Assembly (NCBI GenBank): GCA_032718475.1
Contig: JAUCBJ010001065.1
Location: 1-40,142 of the forward strand
From: Nemertoderma westbladi
Lineage: Eukaryota; Animalia; Xenacoelomorpha
Reading direction: 5' to 3'
DNA: 40,142 nucleotides
Below are positions 1 through 13,547 of this stretch, one piece after another (the first letter of the stretch is position 1; each line of letters begins with the position of its first letter). Position numbers and translations under genes: made by a program. The notes beneath the pieces were generated by a model that was given only the letters and a program-made list of their open reading frames with translations, searched no databases and had not been told where the DNA came from.

Positions 1-3000
1 TGGAGTTTGTTATAAAAGCTACATATCGCAAATAGTTCTACAAATCTGTTGTAACGGGTAATTGGATCACCATATTTAAATGCATTAGCGATTTCATCAG
101 TAGAATGAAGAATACAAGTTCCGTTTTAAATTTTTTTTATAAAAATATACAAGTTAGCATTATAGATGATAGCTACCTACCTATATTATTAAAATAAAAG
201 GGTTCAAGATGAAAGCAATTTTATTAAAATAAAAGTTTCGAATGAAAAAAATTGTATAAAATATTTAAGTTAAAAATAAGAAGAAATAGGTAGTGTAAAA
301 TCAGGTTTTTAGGTCAACTGGACGAGACGAGGCGAAAAAACCATGTCCCGGCCGAAGGCCGGGTGGTTTTAACCACTACCTAACACTACCATTGCCTCGC
401 CTCCTCTAACAATTTCTCCTTAATACCCAAAGTTTACGAGGACGCCGAGATAGGGTATAAGGGAGCATATTGGGGGAAAACGCCGATACAGGTACCCCAC
501 AATACCCCCCTTTTTAGTTGTCTAAAAAAAAATTTGGGCCCGATCCGACCAGCGGTTCTCGAGTTATAAGCGATTTAAAATTAAAAAATTTGAATTTCCC
601 GCCAAAATGGACATTTCGTTTTTAGCCAAACTGGCTATATGTGGGGAAACGGCGACGCTTGGATCGTGTAAGGGGTATAGGGGTTAGTCCAGCCATAACT
701 TTTTTCTAATCGATCCGAAGCGGGGGGCTCGATCGGGCGAAGGTCAAACACGATCTTTTCGATCTTTCGCGAAATACACCTAGAAGGAGTGGGAATTTCG
801 GAAAAGTTAAAAACTACGAAATGTTCCTTACCCCCGAATTATGCTTGACGGACCCAATAAAAAATTGAAAAAAATTAATTCTAGGGGGTCTACGGGGCCA
901 ACGAAGGTCGCCGATTGGCCAATAGTATTTTCGCCTATTACTACGGGAAGGATTCGTTTAAAGTAAAAACATGTACAAGAGATATGGTCGGGAGGCTCGA
1001 GATCTATCCAACAGAAGCGGTCCCAGAATCGTAAATTAAGATGTTCTCGAGTTATGGAGGAAAATCAATGAGTCGTTAAAAAATGCAGTAATTAGTAATT
1101 AGCGCTAATTAAGAATGATTTAATGATGGAATATCGAAATTAACGCTGCCAATCGATGGGAAACAATGAGAGGAGCTCGTCAATTTTTTAAATTTTCAAA
1201 AAGACCCAGCGGAAGCGGAGATAAATGGATTTTCGTAAAATCGGGTCTGGGACTGGCAAGTCTAATATTCGAGGCGAATCGTCACCTTCAGGAAGTAGGT
1301 GATAATATACCAAAAAGGCAAAACGAGCGATATTGATTTAAAATTAGTAACTTTTTGGTCGAAATGGGTTCGCTATTGGGTGATATACACAATTTCAGTC
1401 AATTTGCCCAAATGGGTCATTTTTACGATCTTTGAGCATGATCAATATGATCTTTGGCCTAAAGCATCTAATAAGGTTAATTAAATATTTTATAATAATT
1501 AAAATATTATATGCAAAGCATTAGGGGCATTGCCAGATGTACTTTAAATTTTATCTATTAAATTTCAAACCCTGGTTCACCCAGCCATGCAATGGCTGGG
1601 TGAACCTCCAAAATATTAAACGGCCTAATTGAATAAGCCATTAAAATACATTTTAGGGTGGTGGGTGGGGATGTGGTTAGCTCTTGAGTGTAATTATTGA
1701 ATGCGATGGAGTTTGTTATAAAAGCATATTGTAAATCGTTATAAATTTCTGGGTTGTAACTAGTAATTGGAATGCCTAAAGCATCTTATATTTAAATGTA
1801 TTAGGGTGCTCACCAGTAGAATGAATACAGTTCTATATTAAAAAAAATTATCCAAAAAATACAAGATAGCGCCAGCGTTAAAGACAAAAGTATTTTTTCT
1901 ATTTTCTTAGAATAAAAGTTCAAGATGAAAGCTATTTTATTAGAATAAAAGTTCCATTAATAATAAAATTATATAAAAAAAAAAAATAAAAAGTTTAACC
2001 AAGTTAAAAATAAAATAGATAGGTTTTTAGGTCAACTGGACGAGAAGAGGCGAAAAAACCATGTCCCGGCCGAAGGCCGGGTGGTTTTAACCACTACCTA
2101 ATACTACCCCTGCCTCGCCTCCTCTAATAATTTCTCCTTAATACAGAAAGTTTACGAGGTGGCCGAGATAGGGTATAAGGGAGCATATTGGGGGAAAACG
2201 CCGATACAGGTACCCCACAATACCCCCCTTTTTAGTTGTCTAAAAAAAAATTTGGGCCCGATCCGACCGGCGGTTCTCGAGTTATAAGCGATTTAAAATT
2301 AAAAAATTTGAATTTCCCGCCAAAATGGACATTTCGTTTTTAGCCAAACTGGCTATATGTGGGGAAACGGCGACGCTTGGATCGTGTAAGGGGTATAGGG
2401 GTTAGTCCAGCCATAACTTTTTTCTAAGCGATCCAAAGCGGGGGTCTCGATCGGGCCAAGGTCAAACACGATCTTTTTGATCTTTCGCGAAATACACCTA
2501 GAAGGAGTGGGAATTTCGGAAAAGTTTCAAACTACAAAATGTTCCTTACCCCCGAATTATGCTTGACGGACCCAATAAAAAATTGAAAAAAATTAATTCT
2601 AGGGGGTCTACGGGGCCAACGAAGGTCGCCGATTGGCCGATATTATTTTCGCCTATTACTACGGGAAGGATTCGTTTAAAGTAAAAACATGTACAAGAGA
2701 TATGGTCGGGAGGCTCGAGATCTATCCAACGGAAGCGGTCCGATAATCGTAAATTAAGAAGTTTTCGAGTTATGGAGGAAAATTCACGAGTCATTAAAAA
2801 ATGCAGTAATTAGCAATTAGCGCTAATTAAGAAGGAATTAATTGATGCAATATCGAAATTAACGACGCCAATCGATGGGAAACAACGAGAGGAGCTCGTC
2901 AACTTTTTAAATTTTCAAAAAGACCCAGCAGAAGCGGAGATAAATGGATTTTCGTAAAATCGGGTCCCCGACTGCCAAGTCGAATAGCAGAGGAGAATCG

Positions 3001-6000
3001 TGACCTTCAGGAAGTAGGCGATAATATACCAAAAAGGCAAAGCGAGCGATATTGATTTAAAATTAGTAACTTTTTGGTCGAAACGGGTTCGCTATTGGGT
3101 GATATACATAATTTTAGTCAATTTGCCCAAATGGGTCATTTTTATGATCTTTGAGCATGATCAATATGATCTTTGGCCTAAAGCATCTAATAAGGTTAAT
3201 TAAATATTATATAATAATTAAAATATTATATACAAAGCATTAGGGGCATTGCCAGATGTACTTTAAATTTTATCTTTTAAATTTCAAACCCTGGTTCACC
3301 CAGCCATGCAATGGCTGGGTGAACCTCCAAAATATTAAACGGCCTAATTGAAAAAGCCCTTAAATACATTTTAGGGTGGTGGGTGGGGATGTGGTTAGCT
3401 CTTGAGTGTAATTATTGAATGCGATGGAGTTTGTTATAAAAGCATATTGTAAATCGTTATAAATTTCTGGGTTGTAACTAGTAATTAGAATGCCTAAAGC
3501 ATCTTATATTTAAATGTATTAGGGTGCTCACCAGTAGAATGAATACAAGTTCTATATTAAAAAAAATTGTCCAAAAAATACAAGATAGCGCCAGCGTTAA
3601 AGACAAAAGTATTTTTTCTATTTTCTTAGAATAAAAGTTCAAGATGAAAGCTATTTTATTAGAATAAAAGTTCCATTAATAATAAAATTCTATAAAAAAA
3701 AAAAATAAAAAGTTTAACTAAGTTAAAAATAAAATAGATAGGTTTTTAGGTCAACTGGACGAGACGAGGCGAAAAACCAATGTCCCGGCCGAAGGCCGGG
3801 TGGTTTTAACCACTACCTAACACTACCTCTGCCTCGCCTACATAATAATTTCATCCAAAATACCAGAAGTGTACGGTGTGGCCGAGATAGGGTATAAGGG
3901 AGCATATTGGGGGAAAACGCCGATACAGGTACCCCACAATACCCCCCTTTTTAGTTGTCTAAAAAAAAAATTGGGCCCGATCCGACCGGCGGTTCTCGAG
4001 TTATAAGCGATTTAAAATTAAAAAATTTGAATTTCCCGCCAAAATGGACATTTCGTTTTTAGCCAAACTGGCAATACCTGGGGAAACGGCGACGCTTGGA
4101 TCGTGTAAGGGGTATAGGGGTTAGTCCAGCCATAACTTTTTTCTAAACGATCCGATGCGGGGGTCTCGATCGGGCGAAGGTCAAACACGATCTTTTTGAT
4201 CTTTCGCGAAATACACCTAGAAGGAGTGGGAATTTCGGAAAAGTTACAAACTACGAAATGTTCCTTACCCCCGAATTATGGTTGACGGACCCAATAAAAA
4301 ATTGAAAAAAATTAATTCTAGGGGGTCTACGGGGCCAACAAAGGTCGCCGATTGGCCGATAGTATTTTCGCCTATTACTACGGGAAGGATTCGTTTAAAG
4401 TAAAAACATGTACAAGAGATATGGTCGGGAGGCTCGAGATCTATCCAACGGAAGCGGTCCCGGAATCGTAAATTAAGATGTTCTCGAGTTATGGAGGTAA
4501 ATCAATTAGTCGTTAAAAAATGCAGTAATTAGCAATTAGCGCTAATTAAGAATGATTTATTGATGGAATATCGAAATTAATGCTGCCAATCGATGGGAAA
4601 CAATGAGAGGAGCTCGTCAATTTTTTAAATTTTCAAAAAGACCCAGCGGAAGCGGAGATAAATGGATTTTCGTAAAATCGGGTCCGGGACTGGCAAGTCG
4701 AATATTCGAGGCGAATCGTCACCTTCGGGAAGTAGGCGATAATATACCAAAAAGGTAAAACGTGCGATATTGATTTAAAATTAGTAACTTTTTGGTTGAA
4801 ACGGGTTCGCTATGGGGTGATATACGCAATTTTAGTCAATTTGCCCAAATGGGTCATTTTTATGATCTTTGAGCATGATCAATATGATCTTTGGCCTAAA
4901 GCATCTAATAAGTTTAATTAAATATTTTATAATAATTAAAATATTATATACAAAGCATTAGGGGCATTGCCAGATGTACTTTAAATTTTATCTTTTAAAT
5001 TTCAAACCCTGGTTCACCCAGCCATGCAATGGCTGGGTGAACCCCCAAAATATTAAACGGCCTAATTGAAAAAGCCCTTAAATACATTTTAGGGTGGTGG
5101 GTGGGGATGTGGTTAGCTCTTGAGTGTAATTATTGAATGCGATGGAGTTTGTTATAAAAGCATATTGTAAATCGTTATAAATTTCTGGGTTGTAACTAGT
5201 AATTGGAATGCCTAAAGCATCTTATATATAAATGTATTAGGGTGCTCATCAGTAGAATGAATACAAGTTCCATATTAAAAAAAATTGTATTAAAAATACA
5301 AGTTAGGGTGAACGACAAAAGTATTTTTTCTATCTTCTTAGAATAAAAGTTAAGATGAAAGCTATTTTATTAGAAAAAAAAGTTCCATATTAAAAAAAAA
5401 TAGTATAAAAAAATGAAAGTAATAGAATAATAAAATAAAAATAGATAGGTTTTTAGGTCAACTGGACGAGAAGAGGCGAAAAACCTATGTCCCGGCCGAA
5501 GGCCGGGTGGTTTTAACCACTACCTAATACTACCCCTGCCTCGCCTCCTCTAACAATTTCTCCTTAATACAGAAAGTTTACGAGGTGGCCGAGATAGGGT
5601 ATAAGGGCGCATATTGGGGGAAAACGCCGATACAGGTACCCCACAATACCCCCCTTTTTAGTTGTCTAAAAAAAAATTTGGGCCCGATCCGACCGGCGGT
5701 TCTCGAGTTATAAGCGATTTAAAATTAAAAAATTTGAATTTCCCGCCAAAATTGACATTTCGTTTTTAGCCAAACTGGCTATATGTGGGGAAACGGCGAC
5801 GCTTGGATCGTGTAAGGGGTATAGGGGTTAGTCCAGCCATAACTTTTTTCTAAGCGATCCGATGCGGGGGTCTCGATCGGGCCAAGGTCAAACACGATCT
5901 TTTCGATCTTTCGCGAAATACACCTAGAAGGAGTGGGAATTTCGGAAAAGTTAAAAACTACAAAATGTTCCTTACCCCCGAATTATGCTTGACGGACCCA

Positions 6001-9000
6001 ATAAAAAATTTAAAAAAATTAATTCTAGGGGGTCTACGGGGCCAACGAAGGTCGCCGATTGGACGATATTATTTTCGCCTATTACTACGGGAAGGATTCG
6101 TTTAAAGTAAAAACATGTACAAGAGATATGGTCGGGAGGCTCGAGATCTATCCAACGGAAGCGGTCCCAGATTCGTAAATTAAGATGTTCTCGAGTTATG
6201 GAGGAAAATCACTTAGTCGTTAAAAAATGCAGTAATTAGTAATTAGCGCTAATTAAGAATGATTTATTAATGGAATATCGAAATTAATGCTGCCAATCGA
6301 TGGGAAACAATGAGAGGAGCTCGTCAATTTTTTAAATTTTCAAAAAGACCCATCGGAAGCGGAGATAAATGGATTTTCGTAAAATCGGGTCTGGGACTGG
6401 CAAGTCGAATATTCGAGGCGAATCATCACCTTCAGGAAGTAGGCGATAATATACCAAAAAGGCAAAACGAGCGATATTGATTTAAAATTAGTAACTTTTT
6501 GGTCGAAATGGGTTCGCTATTGGGTGATATACACAATTTCAGTCAATTTGCCCAAATGGGTCATTTTTATGATCTTTGAGCATGATCAATATGATCTTTG
6601 GCCTAAAGCATCTAATAAGGTTAATTAAATATTTTATAATAATTAAAATATTATATGCAAAGCATTAGGGGCATTGCCAGATGTACTTTAAATTTTATCT
6701 ATTAAATTTCAAACCCTGGTTCACCCAGCCATGCAATGGCTGGGTGAACCTCCAAAATATTAAACGGCCTAATTGAATAAGCCCTTGAATACATTTTAGG
6801 GTGGTGGGTGGGGATGTGGTTAGCTCTTGAGTGTAATTATTGAATGCGATGGAGTTTGTTATAAAAGCTACATATCGCAAATAGTTCTACAAATCTGTTG
6901 TAACGAGTAATTGGATCACCATATTTAAATGCATTAGCGAGTTCATCAGTAGAATGAAGAATACAAGTTTCGTTTTAAATTTTTTTTATAAAAATATACA
7001 AGTTAGCATTATAGATGATAGCTACCTATATTATTAGAATAAAAGGGTTCAAGATGAAAGCAATTTTATTAAAATAAAAGTTCCGTATGAAAAAAATTGT
7101 ATAAAATATTTAAGTTAAAAATAAGAAGAAATAGGTAGTGTAAAATCAGGTTTTTAGGTCAACTGGACGAGAAGAGGCGAAAAAACCATGTCCCGGCCGA
7201 AGGCCGGGTGGTTTTAACCACTACCTAACACTACCATTGCCTCGCCTCCTCTAACAATTTCTCCTTAATACAGAAAGTTTACGAGGTGGCCGAGATAGGG
7301 TATAAGGGAGCATATTGGGGGAAAACGCCGATACAGGTACCCCACAATACCCCCCTAATTAGTTGTCTAAAAAAAAAATTGGGCCCGATCCGAGCAGCGG
7401 TTCTCGAGTTATAAGCGATTTAAAATTAAAAAATTTGAATTTCCCGCCAAAATTGACATTTCGTTTTTAGACAAACTGGCTATACCTGGGGAAACGGCGA
7501 CACTTGGATCGCGTAGGGGGTATAGGGGTTAGTCCAGCCATAACTTTTTTCTAAGCGATCCGAAGCGGGGGGCTCGATCGGGCAAAGGTCAAACACGATC
7601 TTTTCGATCTTTCGCGAAATACACCTAGAAGGAGTGGGAATTTCGAAAAAGTTAAAAACTACAAAATGTTCCTTACCCCCGAATTATGCTTGACGGACCC
7701 AATAAAAAATTGAAAAAAATTAATTCTAGGGGGTCTACGGGGCCAACGAAGGTCGCCGATTGGCCGATAGTATTTTCGCCTATTACTACGGGAAGGAATC
7801 GTTTAAAGTAAAAACATGTACAAGAGAAATGGTCGGGAGGCTCGAGATCTATCAAACGGAAGCGGTCCCAGAATCGTAAATTAAGATCTTCTCGAGTTAT
7901 GGAGGAAAATCAATTAGTCGTTAAAAAATGCAGTAATTAGTAATTAGCGCTAATTAAGAATGATTTATTGATGGAATATCGAAATTAACGCTGCCAATCG
8001 ATGGGAAACAATGAGAGGAGCTCGTCAATTTTTTAAATTTTCAAAAAGACCCAGCGGAAGCGGAGATAAATGGATTTTCGTAAAATCGGGTCAGGGACTG
8101 GCAAGTCGAATATAAGAGGCGAATGGCCACCTTCGGGAAGTAGGCCATAATATACAAAAAAGGCAAAACGAGCAATATTGATTTAAAATTAGTAACTTTT
8201 TGGTCGAAATGGGTTCGCTATTGGGTGATATACACACTTTCAGTCAATTTGCCCAAATGGGTCATTTTTATGTTCTTTGAGCATGATCAATATGATCTTT
8301 GGCCTAAAGCATCTAATAAGGTTGGCCTAAAGCATCTAATAAGGTTAATTAAATATTTTATAATAATTAAAATATTATATGCAAAGCATTAGCGGCATTG
8401 CCTGATGTACTTTAAATTTTATCTTTTAAATTTCAAACCCTGGTTCACCCAGCCATGCAATGGCTGGGTGAACCTCCAAAATATTAAACGGCCTAATTGA
8501 AAAAGCCCTTAAATACATTTTAGGGTGGTGGGTGGGGATGTGGTTAGCTCTTGAGTGTAATTATTGAATGCGATGGAGTTTGTTATAAAAGCATATTGTT
8601 AATCGCTATAAATTTCTGGGTTGTAACTAGTAATTGGAATGCCTAAAGCATCTTATATTTAAATGTATTAGGGTGCTCACCAGTAGAATGAATACAAGTT
8701 CTATATTAAAAAAAATTGTCCAAAAAATACAAGATAGCACCAGCGTTAAAGACAAAAGTATTTTTTCCATTTTCTTAGAATAAAAGTTCAAGATGAAAGC
8801 TATTTTATTAGAATAAAAGTTCCATTAATAATAAAATTCTATAAAAAAAAAAATAAAAAGTTTAACTAAGTTAAAAATAAAATAGATAGGTTTTTAGGTC
8901 AACTGGACGAGACGAGGCGAAAAACCAATGTCCCGGCCGAAGGCCGGGTGGTTTTAACCACTACCTAACACTACCTCTGCCTCGCCTACATAATAATTTC

Positions 9001-12000
9001 ATCCAAAATACCAGAAGTGTACGGTGTGGCCGAGATAGGGTATAAGGGAGCATATTGGGGGAAAACGCCGATACAGGTACCCCACAATACCCCCCTTTTT
9101 AGTTGTCTAAAAAAAAAATTGGGCCCGATCCGACCGGCGGTTCTCGAGTTATAAGCGATTTAAAATTAAAAAATTTGAATTTCCCGCCAAAATGGACATT
9201 TCGTTTTTAGCCAAACTGGCAATACCTGGGGAAACGGCGACGCTTGGATCGTGTAAGGGGTATAGGGGTTAGTCCAGCCATAACTTTTTTCTAAACGATC
9301 CGATGCGGGGGTCTCGATCGGGCGAAGGTCAAACACGATCTTTTTGATCTTTCGCGAAATACACCTAGAAGGAGTGGGAATTTCGGAAAAGTTACAAACT
9401 ACGAAATGTTCCTTACCCCCGAATTATGGTTGACGGACCCAATAAAAAATTGAAAAAAATTAATTCTAGGGGGTCTACGGGGCCAACAAAGGTCGCCGAT
9501 TGGCCGATAGTATTTTCGCCTATTACTACGGGAAGGATTCGTTTAAAGTAAAAACATGTACAAGAGATATGGTCGGGAGGCTCGAGATCTATCCAACGGA
9601 AGCGGTCCCGGAATCGTAAATTAAGATGTTCTCGAGTTATGGAGGTAAATCAATTAGTCGTTAAAAAATGCAGTAATTAGCAATTAGCGCTAATTAAGAA
9701 TGATTTATTGATGGAATATCGAAATTAATGCTGCCAATCGATGGGAAACAATGAGAGGAGCTCGTCAATTTTTTAAATTTTCAAAAAGACCCAGCGGAAG
9801 CGGAGATAAATGGATTTTCGTAAAATCGGGTCCGGGACTGGCAAGTCGAATATTCGAGGCGAATCGTCACCTTCGGGAAGTAGGCGATAATATACCAAAA
9901 AGGTAAAACGTGCGATATTGATTTAAAATTAGTAACTTTTTGGTTGAAACGGGTTCGCTATGGGGTGATATACGCAATTTTAGTCAATTTGCCCAAATGG
10001 GTCATTTTTATGATCTTTGAGCATGATCAATATGATCTTTGGCCTAAAGCATCTAATAAGTTTAATTAAATATTTTATAATAATTAAAATATTATATACA
10101 AAGCATTAGGGGCATTGCCAGATGTACTTTAAATTTTATCTTTTAAATTTCAAACCCTGGTTCACCCAGCCATGCAATGGCTGGGTGAACCCCCAAAATA
10201 TTAAACGGCCTAATTGAAAAAGCCCTTAAATACATTTTAGGGTGGTGGGTGGGGATGTGGTTAGCTCTTGAGTGTAATTATTGAATGCGATGGAGTTTGT
10301 TATAAAAGCATATTGTAAATCGTTATAAATTTCTGGGTTGTAACTAGTAATTGGAATGCCTAAAGCATCTTATATATAAATGTATTAGGGTGCTCATCAG
10401 TAGAATGAATACAAGTTCCATATTAAAAAAAATTGTATTAAAAATACAAGTTAGGGTGAACGACAAAAGTATTTTTTCTATCTTCTTAGAATAAAAGTTA
10501 AGATGAAAGCTATTTTATTAGAAAAAAAAGTTCCATATTAAAAAAAAATAGTATAAAAAAATGAAAGTAATAGAATAATAAAATAAAAATAGATAGGTTT
10601 TTAGGTCAACTGGACGAGAAGAGGCGAAAAAACCATGTCCCGGCCGAAGGCCGGGTGGTTTTAACCACTACCTAACACTACCATTGCCTCGCCTCCTCTA
10701 ACAATTTCTCCTTAATACCCAAAGTGTACGAGGTGGCCGAGATAGGGTATAAGGGAGCATATTGGGGGAAAACGCCGATACAGGTACCCCACAATACCCC
10801 CCTAATTAGTTGTCTAAAAAAAAATTTGGGCCCGATCCGACCGGCGGTTCTCGAGTTATAAGCGATTTAAAATTAAAAAATTTGAATTTCCCGCCAAAAT
10901 GGACATTTCGTTTTTAGCCAAACTGGCTATACCTGGGGAAACGCCGACGCTTGGATCGCGTAGGGAATATAGGGGTTAGTCCAGCCATAACTTTTTTCTA
11001 AGCGATCCGAAGCGGGGGGCTCGATCGGGCAAAGGTCAAACACGATCTTTTCGATCTTTCGTGAAATACACCTAGAAGGAGTGGGAATTTCGGAAAAGTT
11101 ACAAACTACAAAATGTTCCTTACCCCCGAATTATGCTTGACGGACCCAATAAAAAATTGAAAAAAATTAATTCTAGGGGGTCTACGGGGCCAACGAAGGT
11201 CGCCGATTGGCCGATATTATTTTCGCCTATTACTACGGGAAGGATTCGTTTAAAGTAAAAACATGTACAAGAGATATGGTCGGGAGGCTCGAGATCTATC
11301 CAACGGAAGCGGTCCCGGAATCGTAAATTAAGATGTTCTCGAGTTATGGAGGAAAATCAATTAGTCGCTAAAAAATGCAGTAATTAGCAATTAGCGCTAA
11401 TTAAGAATGATTTATTGATGGAATATCTAAATTAATGCTGCCAATCGATGGGAAACAATGAGAGGAGCTCGTCAATTTTTTAAATTTTCAAAAAGACCCA
11501 GCGGAAGCGGAGATAAATGGATTTTCGTAAAATCGGGTCCCCGACTGCCAAGTCGAATATCAGAGGAGAATCGTTACCTTCAGGAATTAGGCGATAATAT
11601 ACCAAAAAGGCAAAGTGAGCGATATTGATTTAAAATTAGTAACTTTTTGGTCGAAACGGGTTCGCTATTGGGTGATATTCACAATTTTAGTCAATTTTCC
11701 CAAATGGGTCATTTTTATGATCTTTGAGCATGATCCATAAGATCCTTGGCCTTAAGCATCTAATAAGGGTAATTAAATATTTTATAATAATTAAAATATT
11801 ATATGCAAAGCATTAGGGGCATTGCCAGATGTACTTTAAATTTTATCTATTAAATTTCAAACCCTGGTTCACCCAGCCATGCAATGGCTGGGTGAACATC
11901 CAAAATATTAAACGGCCTAATTGAAAAAGCCCTTAAATACATTTTAGGGTGGTGGGTGGGGATGTGGTTAGCTCTTGAGTGTAATTATTGAATGCGATGG

Positions 12001-13502
12001 AGTTTGTTATAAAAGCATATTGTAAATCGTTATAAATTTCTGGGTTGTAACTAGTAATTGGAATGCCTAAAGCATCTTATATTTAAATGTATTAGGATGT
12101 TCACCAGTAGAATGAACACAAGTTCTATATTTAAAAAAATTGTCCAAAAAATACAAGATAGCGCCAGCGTTAATGACGAAAGTATTTTTTCCATTTTCTT
12201 AGAATAAAAGTTCAAGATGAAAGCTATTTTATTAGAATAAAAGTTCCATTAATAATAAAATTATATAAAAAAAAAAAAAAAGTTTAACCAAGTTAAAAAT
12301 AAAATAGATAGGTTTTTAGGTCAACTGGACGAGACGAGGCGAAAAACCTATGTCCCGGCCGAAGGCCGGGTGGTTTTAACCACTACCTAATACTACCCCT
12401 GCCTCGCCTCCTCTAACAATTTCTCCTTAATACCCAAAGTGTACGGTGTGGCCGAGATAGGGTATAAGGGAGCATATTGGGGGAAAACGCCGATACAGGT
12501 ACCCCACAATACCCCCCTTTTTAGTTGTCTAAAAAAAAATTTGGGCCCGATCCGACCAGCGGTTCTCGAGTTATAAGCGATTTAAAATTAAAAAATTTTA
12601 ATTTCCCGCCAAAATGGACATTTCGTTTTTAGCCAAACTGGCTATATGTGGGGAAACGGCGACGCTTGGATCGTGTAAGGGGTATAGGGGTTAGTCCAGC
12701 CATAACTTTTTTCTAATCGATCCGAAGCGGGGGGCTCGATCGGGCGAAGGTCAAACACGATCTTTTCGATCTTTAGCGAAATACACCTAGAAGGAGTGGG
12801 AATTTCGGAAAAATTAAAAACTACGAAATGTTCCTTACCCCCGAATTATGCTAGACGGACCCAATAAAAAATTGAAAAAATTTAATTCTAGGGGGTCTAC
12901 GGGGCCAACGAAGGTCGCCGATTGGCCGATATTATTTTCGCCTATTACTACGGGAAGGATTCGTTTAAAGTAAAAACATGTACAAGAGATATGGTCGGGA
13001 GGCTCGAGATCTATCCAACGGAAGCGGTCCCGGAATCGTAAATTAAGAAGTTCTCGAGTTATGGAGGAAATTTAACGAGTCGTTAAAAAATGCAGTAATT
13101 AGCAATTAGTACTAATTAAGAATGAATTAATTGATGGGATATCGAAATTAACGCTGCCAATCGATGGGAAACAACGAGAGGAGCTCGCCAATTTTTTAAA
13201 TTTTCAAAAAGACCCAGCGGGAGCGGAGATAAATTGATTTTTGTAAAATCGGGTCCCCGACTGGCAAGTCGAATATCAGAGGCAAATGGCCACCTTCAGG
13301 AAGTAGGCGATAATATACCAAAAAGGCAAAATGAGTGATATTGATTAAAAATTAGTAACTTTTTGGTTGAAACGGGTTTGCTATTGGGTGATATACACAA
13401 TTTTAGTCAATTTGCCCAAATGGGTCATTTTTATGATCTTTGAGCATGATCAATATGATCTTTGGCCTAAAGCATCTAATAAGGGTAATTAAATATTTTA
13501 TA
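1..13502. repeat. Tandem array of ~1.71 kb units (~8 copies, runs off the left edge), possibly derived from a non-autonomous rolling-circle element
   Basis: The anchor GGTTTTTAGGTCAACTGGACGAG recurs at ~304, 2022, 3741, 5448, 7149, 8889, 10596 and 12311 (period 1700-1740 bp). Each unit has the hairpin CCCGGCC-GAA-GGCCGGG (e.g. 347-363); each complete unit also has GGTTCACCCAGCCAT-GCA-ATGGCTGGGTGAACC (e.g. 1574-1606). The last unit is truncated at ~13502. Confidence 0.97.
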
Positions 13503-13547
13503 AATAGATCAGATTTAGCCTACTAAGATGTGCCTTCAGCTGTATAA

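Noticed and set aside
312-356. Hammerhead-like string CTGGACGAG...CGAAA...GTC in each 1.7 kb unit
   Set aside because: The core has an extra G and stems II and III do not pair.
1299-7855. Short ORFs inside the 1.7 kb units
   Set aside because: They are open in only some copies and have no recognisable motifs; chance ORFs.
1-13502. 5S rRNA, histone, snRNA or tRNA gene cluster as the explanation for the 1.7 kb array
   Set aside because: I could not recognise any such gene in the unit on either strand; an Rfam scan would be needed to exclude it fully.
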